UHGV virus genome: UHGV-1373817
DNA: 36,585 nt
Direction: 5' to 3' (one strand)
DNA from: a virus
Shown: positions 7,976 to 16,460 of the stretch, one piece after another
How the letters are laid out: each line of letters opens with the position of its first letter
How positions within the stretch are numbered: the first letter of the stretch is position 1
Notes under the pieces: model-generated
Databases searched by the model: none
Seen by the model: the letters and a program-made list of their open reading frames with translations, nothing else
Told to the model about the DNA's origin: nothing
Translations under genes and position numbers: made by a program

Positions 7976-9756
7976 TGTACGAAGTAAGCCAAAAGTATAT
8001 AACGGCTATGAATAAGCCAGTAATACGCTCTAAGCTGTGCCTCGTACTTGATGAAGAAGAGCTTACTGAGGCAGATATCTTGGCAGGCTCTTTTTCCATA
8101 TCAAATCAGTGTACGGACACAAGCGACATAACGCTTGGAGCTGTATATATTGGGGAACTGTCAGTTACATTTTTGCGATCAGTGACAGTGTCTCGAAATA
8201 GTTGGAAAGGTAGGCAGATAACAGCCTCATATAAATTATTAGTAGACACAGATGAATGGGAAGAAGTTCCTTTAGGTGTCTATACCATATCAGAGGCAAC
8301 ATATTCGAAGGTAGGTGTTGAAGTAAAGGCCTACGATAATATGAGCCTCCTGGATAAGAAATATACCACGGATGCAACAAGCGGAACGCCTTATGCATTA
8401 CTTAGCACTATGGCATCAGCTTGTGGCGTTACTTTAGGAAATACAGAGCAAGAAATCAGAGCCTTACCAAACGGAACTGAGACATTAACTCTGTATACAC
8501 CAAATGATTGTGAGACGTGGAGAGATTTGACCTCGTGTGTGGCTCAAGCAGTGGGGTGTTTTGCTTTTAGCGATAGATTGGGCAATATAACCCTAAAACG
8601 GCTCTATAGCCCCTCAGAAGCGACGATAGACACAAGTCACCGATATACGGGTGCAAAAATATCAGATTTTATCACTTATTACTCAGGGATCTCGCTTGTT
8701 AACCTCAGAACAGAGTCAACAGAGTATTATGGAGACCTTTACGACGATACAGGAGCCACGATCAATTTAGGGACTAATCCACTGCTCCAATACGGCACTA
8801 AAAACCACCGTGAAGAGATGGCAAGGCGAATACTTGCAGAAGTAGAGAACTACAGATACGTTCCTTGCTCTGCAGCACTCCCAAGTGCTTATGTATGTCT
8901 TGATCTAGGCGATGTAATCACATTAACCGATGGATTAGCCGGTCAATCATCTGCTGTCTGCGTAATGAGGTACGATTTTAATAAGCAGGATGGCTTTGAG
9001 TTTAGAACCTATGGCGATGACCCCGACTTGGCAAACGCACGAAGCAAGGTAGATAAAGATATCAGCGGCCTTCTGGCGAATGCGGAACAAGATAAATTCG
9101 TTGTCTATTCTTTCAAGAATTCCGAAGATATTACCATTGAAGATGGTCAGACGCTCAGAGTAATTAACCTTAGAATTGCATCTATCAACGATACGACAGT
9201 AATCTTTCAGGGTGAGATAACCTGCGAGGAATCTGCTGATCGCGGCAAGGTTAAAGTCCATTACAAGCTTAACAACAGTGATATCGATTATGCCCCAGAA
9301 GAAACATGGCTAGAAGGTAAGCACATATTGAGCCTGCTTTACAAGATGGAGATTGACTACTCGCAGCAATACCAGTGGGAAGTATACCTTGAGGCTGTAG
9401 GCGGAGATATAACCATCAAGGCCGGCGAGTCAAACGGCATCATATCTGGTATTGGTCTTGTAGCTTCAGATAAATGGACAGGCTACCTTGATTTCCAAGA
9501 AAGAATCGGAAGAATCAATCTTGACGATATCACGGTTAAGCCATTCACCGACACGACATTTAATGTATCAACTAAGATTCCGACAGGCGATAGCTTAACA
9601 GACGAGCTTGGAGCAATCACACTTGATACAGATATCGTAACTATAAAAGGCTTCACAGAGGCTTTATATTTCAACAAGTATCCATTACATGACCATTATT
9701 GGAGAGAAATCCAAGATATGAAATGGTCAGAGGTTGAAGATACATATTTCTGGTAA
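7975..9756 (+). CDS. Tail tip / Tal-like tail protein (Prophage_tail-like)
   Basis: 593 aa after TMP/Dit, the usual position of the tail-associated lysin or tip protein. Confidence 0.55.
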   Translation: MYEVSQKYITAMNKPVIRSKLCLVLDEEELTEADILAGSFSISNQCTDTSDITLGAVYIGELSVTFLRSVTVSRNSWKGRQITASYKLLVDTDEWEEVPLGVYTISEATYSKVGVEVKAYDNMSLLDKKYTTDATSGTPYALLSTMASACGVTLGNTEQEIRALPNGTETLTLYTPNDCETWRDLTSCVAQAVGCFAFSDRLGNITLKRLYSPSEATIDTSHRYTGAKISDFITYYSGISLVNLRTESTEYYGDLYDDTGATINLGTNPLLQYGTKNHREEMARRILAEVENYRYVPCSAALPSAYVCLDLGDVITLTDGLAGQSSAVCVMRYDFNKQDGFEFRTYGDDPDLANARSKVDKDISGLLANAEQDKFVVYSFKNSEDITIEDGQTLRVINLRIASINDTTVIFQGEITCEESADRGKVKVHYKLNNSDIDYAPEETWLEGKHILSLLYKMEIDYSQQYQWEVYLEAVGGDITIKAGESNGIISGIGLVASDKWTGYLDFQERIGRINLDDITVKPFTDTTFNVSTKIPTGDSLTDELGAITLDTDIVTIKGFTEALYFNKYPLHDHYWREIQDMKWSEVEDTYFW

Positions 9757-9767
9757 GGAGGTACAAA

Positions 9768-10511
9768 ATGATATATTCAGCAAATTACGGCTTAAAAGAA
9801 CCACAGAAAAACGTGGACTTAGCTGATGTCAATGACATCAACTATAATACTGAAGCCATAGATGGACTCATACATAACACGCAGGTGTCTCTAGCCCCTG
9901 CTTACGACCATACGCTCACATATGAAGTGGGCGATTTGGTCATGTATGAAACTCTGCTGTACGAATGTATTACAGCGGTCACTACCCCCGAAGCATGGGA
10001 TAGCACAAAGTGGCAGAGGGCATATTTAAGCGAAAATGCAGGCGGAGGTGGAAATGCAAATGTAACAGAGATTTCATACTCTCAGTATTCACTGTTAACC
10101 CCTGCTGAAAAGGCAAACGGAACTATCTATATGGTAACTGATGACCCAAATGATAGCGCAAGTGGTGGCGGAGGTGGTGGAGTTAACTATTCCACTACTG
10201 AACAGAATACGGGGTTAAAGTGGATTGATGGTAAAGACATTTATCAGAAATCTTTCACAAGGACTAATCAAGTCTATGGCGGAGGAATGACATTTGACAC
10301 GGGCGTATCTAATATTGATACACTTATCAATGATAGATGGTGCGTATATGGAGCTATAAACGTATCTAAACCTGTAACTGCCGAAGGTCAGTATATCAGA
10401 TGTGTACATAGTGGTAATGGAATCCTTACGATAGGAGCAAATGGCATTAATTTTAATGCCGCATCAAATAGAACGTGGACTCTTACTATTTGGTACACAA
10501 AAGCATCATAA
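9768..10511 (+). CDS. Tail fibre / receptor-binding accessory protein with a CBM5/12-like motif and two poly-Gly linkers
   Basis: AYDHTLTYEVGDLVMYETLLYECI...W..W fits the CBM5/12 pattern. GGGG and GGGGGG linkers precede a C-terminal module shared with 11943..12332. Confidence 0.5.
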   Translation: MIYSANYGLKEPQKNVDLADVNDINYNTEAIDGLIHNTQVSLAPAYDHTLTYEVGDLVMYETLLYECITAVTTPEAWDSTKWQRAYLSENAGGGGNANVTEISYSQYSLLTPAEKANGTIYMVTDDPNDSASGGGGGGVNYSTTEQNTGLKWIDGKDIYQKSFTRTNQVYGGGMTFDTGVSNIDTLINDRWCVYGAINVSKPVTAEGQYIRCVHSGNGILTIGANGINFNAASNRTWTLTIWYTKAS

Positions 10512-10524
10512 GAAAGGAGAAAGC

Positions 10525-11931
10525 ATGAATATTAAAGGACATACAAGTATTGAATTAACAGATGTCAATACAGGCAAGGTAGAAAAGTTTGAAGATGATA
10601 ATATGGTAACTAATGCCATCAGCCTTTTTTACAAGAGTGGTGGAATGACTAACCCTAGCGCATTTAATGACCTCTTAAAGACTGATGCAGTGGAAAACTT
10701 ACTTGGCGGTATCCTTTGCCTTGATGACACCATCACAGAATCAGCAAACATTGTCCATGTGCCTACAGGAGTTAACATGGTTGCAAATGGTTCAGTTGGT
10801 ATTCTTAACAGTGGCAATCCTCCCGAACTTGGCTCATACAATGAAAGCGAAAGTGGTTGGCAACAGGACGGTTCATACAAGCTAGTATTTGACTATACAA
10901 CATCACAGGGTAATGGTGTGATTAAGTCAGTATGCATGACAAGTAAGTACGAGGGGCTGAAAGGTATTGGAAATGCCTCTAATACAAGTAGAAGTGCATC
11001 AGCCCCACAGACACAGGCTGCCTACAATTCTATAAACAACATGGCTTTTGGTAAGAAGGGAATGGCAGACCTTATCGGTGTTTACAACAACAAAGTGCAT
11101 ACTATCTCAGCATACGACAATACTAATCACAAGGTTACGGTTAGCGAGTATGCAATGCCTGTAACAAGCCTTGATTTAAGAGATAAGGCAGAAGCAAGGC
11201 TTGTGGCTACAAGAGAAATAAGCTTGCCAAGTCCACTTAATACTTTGAATTTTGAATTTAACGGAAGTATTACATCAGTCACAGGTAACAAGTATAGGCT
11301 TCTTGATAGGGCAGTAGATGGTCAATATGCTTATCTCTTATATGTTTACTTAGGTCAAACACAGATAGGCTATAATGTATATACTTCTTACTTCATTTCG
11401 GATAACTACCCTGTATATCTTGTTAAATACGACATGGTTAATCATGTATTCAGTGTGGAAGAAACACTTACAGCCTCAGTTGTTGGTTTTTCAAATGAAA
11501 ATGCACAACATGGTATGCAGTCCATTGCTTTGGCGAAGAATTACATCTTATGGGAAGAGCACGTTATCACTATCGCTAATACTTCTGATGTAAATGATAT
11601 TAGCAGTTTTGATGATTATAAATTTAATAAGACTTTCCTCAAGGTTGATGATGACCATGTACAGTGCGAAAAGATGCTTGTTGACTTAGCAAGCGCAACA
11701 GCAAAGCCTGTAAATAGCGGAATTACTTACACAAAACTAGGCGATGTTAATGGCTCAATGCACTATGGCTGGACTTATGGATATCAAGCACCTTATGGAA
11801 GTGACGCAATAATAGTATATATATGGCGCAATCCTAGTTATATAGCCACTATCAACAATCTTGAAAATGCAGTTGAAAAGACGGGTGATAAAACGATGAA
11901 AGTCACCTATATCTTAACATTTACAGATTAG
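10525..11931 (+). CDS. Tail fibre / receptor-binding protein
   Basis: The true start is probably the ATG at 10525 (RBS AAAGGAGAAAG), not the longest-ORF start at 10441. 469 aa. Ends in TAG followed by a strong RBS. Confidence 0.45.
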   Translation: MNIKGHTSIELTDVNTGKVEKFEDDNMVTNAISLFYKSGGMTNPSAFNDLLKTDAVENLLGGILCLDDTITESANIVHVPTGVNMVANGSVGILNSGNPPELGSYNESESGWQQDGSYKLVFDYTTSQGNGVIKSVCMTSKYEGLKGIGNASNTSRSASAPQTQAAYNSINNMAFGKKGMADLIGVYNNKVHTISAYDNTNHKVTVSEYAMPVTSLDLRDKAEARLVATREISLPSPLNTLNFEFNGSITSVTGNKYRLLDRAVDGQYAYLLYVYLGQTQIGYNVYTSYFISDNYPVYLVKYDMVNHVFSVEETLTASVVGFSNENAQHGMQSIALAKNYILWEEHVITIANTSDVNDISSFDDYKFNKTFLKVDDDHVQCEKMLVDLASATAKPVNSGITYTKLGDVNGSMHYGWTYGYQAPYGSDAIIVYIWRNPSYIATINNLENAVEKTGDKTMKVTYILTFTD

Positions 11932-11942
11932 GAGGTGATTAA

Positions 11943-12332
11943 ATGGCTATTTATTATAACGGACATCTTCAATCCACTAAAGGCGGTGGAAGTTCAAGCA
12001 GTGGCGGTGGAATAGACTACAGCACAACCGAACAAGACACAGGACTTAAATGGATTGATGGGAAACCGATTTATCAAAAGACGTTTGTTGTCACTGACAC
12101 TAACTATATGGATATATCAGGACTTAATGTTGATACATTCGTGGGAATTGAAGGTCTTAGCTTGGCTGATGGTGATAGTGTAATCCCTCTGTATGATAAC
12201 GTTACATCTCAATATAGATGCTATCTTGATTTAGACAGAGCTAATATGAGGATGAAAGTTAATGTATATGGGTGGACTTTTGAAAGCGGTCACATCACTT
12301 TAAGATATACAAAAACAACGGATACAGTATAA
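11943..12332 (+). CDS. Paralogous tail-fibre module (stand-alone copy of the C-terminal domain of 9768..10511)
   Basis: G/S-rich linker followed by DYSTTEQDTGLKWIDGKPIYQKTF ... RYTK. Ends like ORF 9768. Confidence 0.45.
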   Translation: MAIYYNGHLQSTKGGGSSSSGGGIDYSTTEQDTGLKWIDGKPIYQKTFVVTDTNYMDISGLNVDTFVGIEGLSLADGDSVIPLYDNVTSQYRCYLDLDRANMRMKVNVYGWTFESGHITLRYTKTTDTV

Positions 12333-12344
12333 GGAGGTAGAAAA

Positions 12345-12557
12345 ATGAATAAGTTTAGATTTTATGTAATGAAAGATGGAACAGTGGGAAGAGAGTTTCT
12401 CAACTATCCGACATACGATGATGCATTATCAGCCATGTATCAGGACTTAGGCTATGCGGTAGCTGATGAGAATACAGTGTCATGTATGTGCGAGCTTATT
12501 AATGACAGCGGTAGAGTTGTTAAGTGCGAGAGGTATGAAGGGGCGATAACTGAGTAA
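12345..12557 (+). CDS. Hypothetical small protein
   Basis: RBS AAGGAGG. 70 aa. Confidence 0.35.
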   Translation: MNKFRFYVMKDGTVGREFLNYPTYDDALSAMYQDLGYAVADENTVSCMCELINDSGRVVKCERYEGAITE

Positions 12558-12605
12558 CCAGATGAAATGAAGTATGTGTTAGCATGGGCGGAAAGGTTTA
12601 GAAGT

Positions 12606-12935
12606 ATGCAGGCAATTCCATGGCTTATAAGCGCAGTGACTTGTCTGTTCGGTATTCTGACATATGCTAGGGGAGCACGAAGAGAACGGGACAGACAAAG
12701 ACAGAAAGATGAGGAGAGATATGCAGTAACAAATGAGTCACTTCTCAAGATTAACATTAAGCTTGACCAGATTACGACGACAACGATAGAGACTAAAGCA
12801 GAGGTCAAACGGCTTAATGAAATGCAGTATGAATTTGATAAACGTCTGACTGTGGTGGAATCTAAAGTCCAGGCAGCACAGACAGAAATATTACGGTTGA
12901 AAGGAGAACAAAAAAATGAACTGGATTACAGATAA
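12606..12935 (+). CDS. XhlA-like membrane-anchored coiled-coil protein (lysis accessory, putative)
   Basis: One N-terminal TM segment plus a long coiled coil. Sits directly upstream of the holin and endolysin, as xhlA does in PBSX. The longest ORF starts at 12567; the ATG at 12606 has a better RBS. Confidence 0.4.
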   Translation: MQAIPWLISAVTCLFGILTYARGARRERDRQRQKDEERYAVTNESLLKINIKLDQITTTTIETKAEVKRLNEMQYEFDKRLTVVESKVQAAQTEILRLKGEQKNELDYR

Positions 12936-13128
12936 GAAATGGTGGGATAAAGCAGTATCAAGAGCCATTAGAACAGTGGCACAGTCTGCTTTAGCCTATA
13001 TCGGAACAAGTGCAACAATGATGGGTGAAGTGAACTGGTGGGGCGTACTCTCAGCGGGTGTATTTGGTGGAGTAGTATCTATCCTTACATCATTCGCCGT
13101 AGGTATCCCTGAATACAAGGAGGACTAA
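12916..13128 (+). CDS. Holin
   Basis: 70 aa with two hydrophobic segments. Motif KAVSRAIRTVAQ. Strong RBS. Immediately upstream of the endolysin. Confidence 0.7.
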   Translation: MNWITDKKWWDKAVSRAIRTVAQSALAYIGTSATMMGEVNWWGVLSAGVFGGVVSILTSFAVGIPEYKED

Positions 13129-13129
13129 T

Positions 13130-14146
13130 ATGTTAAAAGGTATTGATGTTTCTGCTTGGCAGGGTGATATTGACTGGAAGAAGGTAAAGGGTGACGGCGT
13201 TGATGCTGTCATCCTTAAGGCAGGCGGAAGCGATGATGGGTTTTACACAGACTCAAAATTTGAGTCTAATTATAAAGGGGCAAAAGAAGCGGGGATTAAG
13301 GTTGGAGCTTATTATTTTGTAGGAGAGAGCTTTATCTCTAAGCCGGACGGTGAGGCTGATGCTGTTAGATTCTTAAAGATGCTCAAAGGCAAGCAGTTTG
13401 ACCTTCCTGTATACGTGGACGTTGAGGCAACAAAGCCGGAAGATAAGAACGGAGCAACAAACGCAACTATAGCCTTCTGTGATTATATGGAAGGAAATGG
13501 ATACTTTGTAGGTATATACGCGTCAGAAGTAAGTGGATTCAGAGACAGACTTGACGATAGCAAGCTTCAGAAGTATGCGCACTGGGTGGCTTGCTATGGG
13601 AAAGAAAAGCCGGCTATTCCATACGTTGGATGGCAGTATTCTTCTAGCGGTAAGGTTGCAGGCATCAACGGAAACGTTGATATGGATGAGTTCGAAGATC
13701 TATCCGAAACAATCATATCTGGAGGATTTAACGGATATGCTAACCGTATTGAGCCGGACATTGTTAAGCCTTCAAAGAAAGTAGTACAGGTGAAGCGGAA
13801 AACAGATAAAGAGATTGCTGCTGAGGTTCTTGATGGACTGTGGGGCAACGGTGACGAAAGAGAAAAGAAGTTAACAGATGCAGGATATAATTATGACAAG
13901 ATTCAGGACATTGTAAATGGCATGATCAGTGACGGTTATATCGCAGGAAAAGAGTACAAAGTAGTTACTCCATACGGCCTTAACGTAAGAAAAGGACCTA
14001 GCAAGGATTACGATATAATTAAGGCGTTAAGCACTGGCACGAAGGTAGTTCCTACAGAGATCAAGAGCCGGAGAGACAATACCTGGATGAAGATGTCTGA
14101 CGGATGGATTTGTGCAAGAGAAGGCAATGATAGATTTGTAAAATAA
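13130..14146 (+). CDS. Endolysin: GH25 muramidase + CW_7 (Cpl-7-like) repeat + SH3b
   Basis: N-terminus GIDVSAWQGDIDWKKVK is a GH25 signature. LDGLWGNGDEREKKLTDAGYNYDKIQDIVN is a CW_7 repeat. The C-terminus YKVVTPYGLNVRKGPS...W is SH3b-like. Confidence 0.85.
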   Translation: MLKGIDVSAWQGDIDWKKVKGDGVDAVILKAGGSDDGFYTDSKFESNYKGAKEAGIKVGAYYFVGESFISKPDGEADAVRFLKMLKGKQFDLPVYVDVEATKPEDKNGATNATIAFCDYMEGNGYFVGIYASEVSGFRDRLDDSKLQKYAHWVACYGKEKPAIPYVGWQYSSSGKVAGINGNVDMDEFEDLSETIISGGFNGYANRIEPDIVKPSKKVVQVKRKTDKEIAAEVLDGLWGNGDEREKKLTDAGYNYDKIQDIVNGMISDGYIAGKEYKVVTPYGLNVRKGPSKDYDIIKALSTGTKVVPTEIKSRRDNTWMKMSDGWICAREGNDRFVK

Positions 14147-14172
14147 TAATGATCGGGACAGAAAGGGGAAAC

Positions 14173-14379
14173 ATGAAAAGACAACTCGATTTGTCCCGTT
14201 CAGAAAAAGAAAACTTAATAAATGAATGGATACCAAGCGCAAGGGATAGAGATATCCTTAAGCGCAGGCTAGTGGATGGAATCGCCTTTGAAAGTTTAGG
14301 CGAAGAATTTCATCTATCAACGCAGCGGATAAAGGTGATAGTTTACCAAGGAATTGATAAGCTGAGCCTACATTTATAA
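14173..14379 (+). CDS. Stand-alone sigma-70 region-4-like HTH protein
   Basis: DILKRRLVDGIAFESLGEEFHLSTQRIKVIVYQGIDKL matches region 4.2 of sigma factors. RBS GAAAGGGGAAAC. Confidence 0.5.
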   Translation: MKRQLDLSRSEKENLINEWIPSARDRDILKRRLVDGIAFESLGEEFHLSTQRIKVIVYQGIDKLSLHL

Positions 14380-14384
14380 CCTCG

Positions 14385-14432
14385 GCCATCTGTCTGGAGT
14401 GATCCGGATGGGTGGCTTTTTGGATTTCCACG
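14385..14432 (+). terminator. Weak GC-rich hairpin plus T5, a possible terminator
   Basis: CCATC...GATGG/GTGGC followed by TTTTT. Confidence 0.3.
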
Positions 14433-14451
14433 AAATTCGTGAAAAAATATG

Positions 14452-14480
14452 TTGACACACCACGGAAACCGTGGTAATAT
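14452..14480 (+). promoter_or_regulatory. Consensus sigmaA-type promoter with a palindromic operator in the spacer
   Basis: TTGACA (14452-14457), a 17-nt spacer, then TAATAT (14475-14480). The spacer contains the perfect palindrome CCACGGAAACCGTGG (14460-14474). Confidence 0.6.
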
Positions 14481-14523
14481 ATATTTACAAAATAAATATA
14501 AACATTTTATGGAGGTAAAAATT

Positions 14524-15024
14524 ATGAAAAGATACACAGATATGATTAGTGATATGGAATATGATCACCTTGACACACTTATAGGCCTTAATGACATTGA
14601 CCCAAAGAATATAGAAGTCCGCGATAACCATACGAAAGAGATTATAAAGGAAGCGTTTAGACCATCCGAATACATTAGAAGACTTACAAATATGAGCAGA
14701 GCAGAGTTCTCAAAGGCCTACAAGATTCCTGTAAGAACGTTAGAGGATTGGGATGCAGGAAGGTCAAAACCTACGGATTATGTAATTGACTTACTTGCTA
14801 GGGCTGTTTATTCAGATGTATACGAAAAGGTAGTTGAATTTGAGGTGGTAACTAAATCTGATCAGAGCGATGACGAGTGGTCACAGCTTAGAACAAAGAG
14901 CTTCCTTGAGGCTTTTAGAATGGGCGAAAAAGAGTCAGGGCACTACTGGAACGAGATAAGAATATACACAGACGAAGAAGAGTGCAACTGGAATGAGCTT
15001 GAATACAACAGAATATATGAATAG
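14524..15024 (+). CDS. Moron protein with an XRE/HigA-type HTH
   Basis: RTLEDWDAGRSKPTDYVIDLLARAV is the classic antitoxin-type HTH signature. The gene has its own promoter and terminator. Start is the ATG at 14524 after GGAGGT. Confidence 0.5.
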   Translation: MKRYTDMISDMEYDHLDTLIGLNDIDPKNIEVRDNHTKEIIKEAFRPSEYIRRLTNMSRAEFSKAYKIPVRTLEDWDAGRSKPTDYVIDLLARAVYSDVYEKVVEFEVVTKSDQSDDEWSQLRTKSFLEAFRMGEKESGHYWNEIRIYTDEEECNWNELEYNRIYE

Positions 15025-15035
15025 AGTACTTTTTA

Positions 15036-15069
15036 AAGACTTCCACTTGATTGTGGAGGTCTTTTTTTA
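15036..15069 (+). terminator. Rho-independent terminator
   Basis: AAAGACTTCCAC pairs with GTGGAGGTCTTT (one G-U), followed by T7. Confidence 0.65.
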
Positions 15070-15159
15070 TGCTTATAATTAAAAAAAACGATATGAAATG
15101 CTCAAATTTGCAGAAAAATTGCGAAAATTGGCGCTTAAAAACGAAAAAGGCGGTTTTAA

Positions 15160-15534
15160 ATGTATAATCCATATTTTTATCAACAGAATTATCAACAGAA
15201 TTATCAACAGCAGAATTATCTTCCTCAGCAGCAGATCATCCAGGTAAATGGAAAAGCAAGTGTTGATACTATCCAGTTAGCACCTAACAGCTCAGTTTTG
15301 GTTATGGATACATCGGCTCCAATAGTCTGGATGTGTGTATCTGATGGAATTGGAAAAGTAACAAGTACTCCATATGACATTGTGGTTCACAAAGAAGAAC
15401 CTCCGGTGGATATGGCAAGTGTTGAAACAAGAATATCAAAGCTAGAGCAGATTATTGCAGAAATGAGGTCAAATAATGAATCCAATGATGATGAATTTAA
15501 ACAATCCAATAAAAACGATGTTCGAAAAGGTTAA
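15160..15534 (+). CDS. Protein with a Q/N/Y-rich prion-like N-terminus
   Basis: MYNPYFYQQNYQQNYQQQNYLPQQQ followed by a globular domain. Confidence 0.45.
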   Translation: MYNPYFYQQNYQQNYQQQNYLPQQQIIQVNGKASVDTIQLAPNSSVLVMDTSAPIVWMCVSDGIGKVTSTPYDIVVHKEEPPVDMASVETRISKLEQIIAEMRSNNESNDDEFKQSNKNDVRKG

Positions 15535-15706
15535 GACTGCCGGCAATCCTCAAATGATGATGCAGCAGATGATGGGACAAAATCCACAGATCAAGCAGGC
15601 GATGGATTATATACAGCAGAACGGTGGAGATCCTAAAGAGGCATTTTATAAGCTAGCAAAAGAAAAAGGGATTAATCCGGACGACATACTAAATCAATTA
15701 AAGTAA
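15476..15706 (+). CDS. Small Met/Gln/Asn-rich protein
   Basis: RBS GAGGT. MNPMMMNLNNP...MMMQQMMGQNPQ. Overlaps the 3' end of the previous ORF. Confidence 0.35.
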   Translation: MNPMMMNLNNPIKTMFEKVKTAGNPQMMMQQMMGQNPQIKQAMDYIQQNGGDPKEAFYKLAKEKGINPDDILNQLK

Positions 15707-15747
15707 GCAATGCGCACAGCTTAAATATAATTTAAAGGAGAAAACTT

Positions 15748-16398
15748 ATGGATAATGGAATAACACCAGTAATGCCAATAGGTGGCTCAAACGGAGACTG
15801 GGGAAATAACAGCTTCTTTTGGGTGTTTGCTCTGCTCCTCTTAGGAATGGGTGGATTCGGTGGCTTTGGCAATAACAACTTCGCTAACGCCATAGGTTAC
15901 GAGAACCTTGCAACTTCAAATGAAGTACAGAGAGGTTTCGACAATCAGAATCAGCTTGCTAACGAAAGAGAGATTCTTTCCGCAGTAAACTCAGGCACAG
16001 CACAGGCTGTAGCCGCTACAAATCAGACTTTCCATGATACTCTTGGTATTATTCAGAGCAGATACGATGAACTTGCAAGAGATATTAGTGGAATCGCTGT
16101 AGGACAGGCACAGGCTCTTGCTAACCAGAATGCATGTTGCTGTGAGACTAAACAGATGATCATGCAGTCTAATTATGACGGAGCTATGAGAGATGCGGCT
16201 ACAAATGCCAACTTCACTGCACAGATTCAGTCAGTTAAAGACATGATAGCGCAGGATAAGATTGAGTCTTTACAGGCGCAGGTTTCTCAGCTTCAGCTTG
16301 CACAGGCTACAGCAGGAGTTCTTAAGTTCCCAAATCAGTGGAGCTATGGGGCAGGACCATTCCCACCAATCTTTGGGGGATGTTGCAATAACATTTAA
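15748..16398 (+). CDS. Gly-rich membrane/coiled-coil protein with ACCCE and a terminal GGCCNNI
   Basis: TM-like FFWVFALLLLGMGGFGGFG, a long Q/A helical region, and a Cys triplet. Strong RBS AAAGGAGAAAAC. Confidence 0.45.
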   Translation: MDNGITPVMPIGGSNGDWGNNSFFWVFALLLLGMGGFGGFGNNNFANAIGYENLATSNEVQRGFDNQNQLANEREILSAVNSGTAQAVAATNQTFHDTLGIIQSRYDELARDISGIAVGQAQALANQNACCCETKQMIMQSNYDGAMRDAATNANFTAQIQSVKDMIAQDKIESLQAQVSQLQLAQATAGVLKFPNQWSYGAGPFPPIFGGCCNNI

Positions 16399-16410
16399 CG
16401 TCAGATAGAC

Positions 16411-16446
16411 GAGGAACAAGGCAGGCTTAGTTCCTGCCTCTTTTTA
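16411..16446 (+). terminator. Rho-independent terminator
   Basis: AGGCAGG ... CCTGCCT hairpin followed by CTTTTTAT. Confidence 0.55.
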
Positions 16447-16460
16447 TAAAGGAGAACAAT

